Below, piece after piece: positions 63,617 through 64,000 of a stretch of DNA of 64,000 bases; the first letter of the stretch is position 1; the number at the start of each line of letters is the position of its first letter. The position numbers and the translations under genes are program-made. Below the pieces are notes generated by a model. That model saw only the letters and a list, made by a program, of their open reading frames with translations. It had not been told where the DNA came from and did no database searches. The stretch is from an uncultured Nitrososphaeraceae archaeon (GTDB taxonomy: Archaea > Thermoproteota > Nitrososphaeria > Nitrososphaerales > Nitrososphaeraceae), in contig CAWIMJ010000047.1 in assembly GCA_963837175.1 (NCBI GenBank), positions 64,001 to 128,000 on the forward strand, written 5' to 3'.

Positions 63617-63944
63617 AAACATTGGGATCTCAGTCAATCCTCCTAGAAAGTCATGTAACGACAAATTATGTCCCTTTCATGGAACTTTATCGGTAAGAGG
63701 AAAATTATTTAGAGGAACAATCATTAGCTCTAAAGCAAGTAAGATGGCAGTGGTTGGTAGAGAATATCCTCGTCCCGTTTCAAAATACAAGAGATATGAA
63801 AGAAGTATGTCAAAAATGCACGCATATCTGCCAGATTGTATTGGTGTTCAAGAAGGTGAAGAAGTATTAATTGCTGAATGCAGGCCTCTATCTAAAACCG
63901 TCTCCTTTGTTGTAATCGAGGTGAGCAATAAGAATGTCAGCTAA
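63609..63944 (+). CDS. rps17: 30S ribosomal protein S17
   Basis: CPFHG.L.VRG, KYKRYE, ECRPLSKT. Confidence 0.96.
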   Translation: MVRNIGISVNPPRKSCNDKLCPFHGTLSVRGKLFRGTIISSKASKMAVVGREYPRPVSKYKRYERSMSKMHAYLPDCIGVQEGEEVLIAECRPLSKTVSFVVIEVSNKNVS

Positions 63945-64000
63945 AACAAGGGCCGTTTCAGCAAAAGGAGTATCAGAGTTTCGTCCTTATATTACCAGAG
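63934..64000 (+). CDS. rpl14: Probable 50S ribosomal protein L14 (5' fragment at window edge)
   Basis: ATG after GAGGTGA; MSAKTRAVSAKGVSEFRPYITR; expected position after rps17. Confidence 0.7.
   Translation, partial: MSAKTRAVSAKGVSEFRPYITR

Noticed and set aside
1-64000. CRISPR array, rRNA, prophage/integrase, replication origin
   Set aside because: No spaced direct repeats, rRNA-like tract, integrase, tRNA 3' duplication or cdc6/ORB seen by eye

Overview
Chromosomal segment of a low-GC ammonia-oxidising archaeon (Nitrososphaeraceae-like, inferred from archaeal ribosomal proteins, AOA-type NirK, BHB tRNA introns, TATA-driven leaderless genes and long AT-rich intergenic tracts). It is mostly core genome: purine/pyrimidine synthesis (purA, purK/E, purF/L/Q/S/C, pyrF), hemB, nirK, P-II, a COG1361/MacB-type ABC cassette, a dph6-srp54-pus10 operon, argS, trmI, PINA, proteasome alpha and the start of the S10-like ribosomal cluster. 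There are three tRNAs (Tyr with two introns, Arg with a 29/30 intron, Thr), an IS6-family remnant and decayed genes. Most notable: a nucleotidyltransferase-pseudokinase fusion with a HEXXH protein behind a degenerate Pus10; three genes that appear to need non-canonical start codons (ACG, ATA, CTG); four single-base +1 frameshifts, two in essential genes (most likely sequencing errors); and a ~140-nt fold-back element after purC. All calls come from reading motifs; no searches were run.
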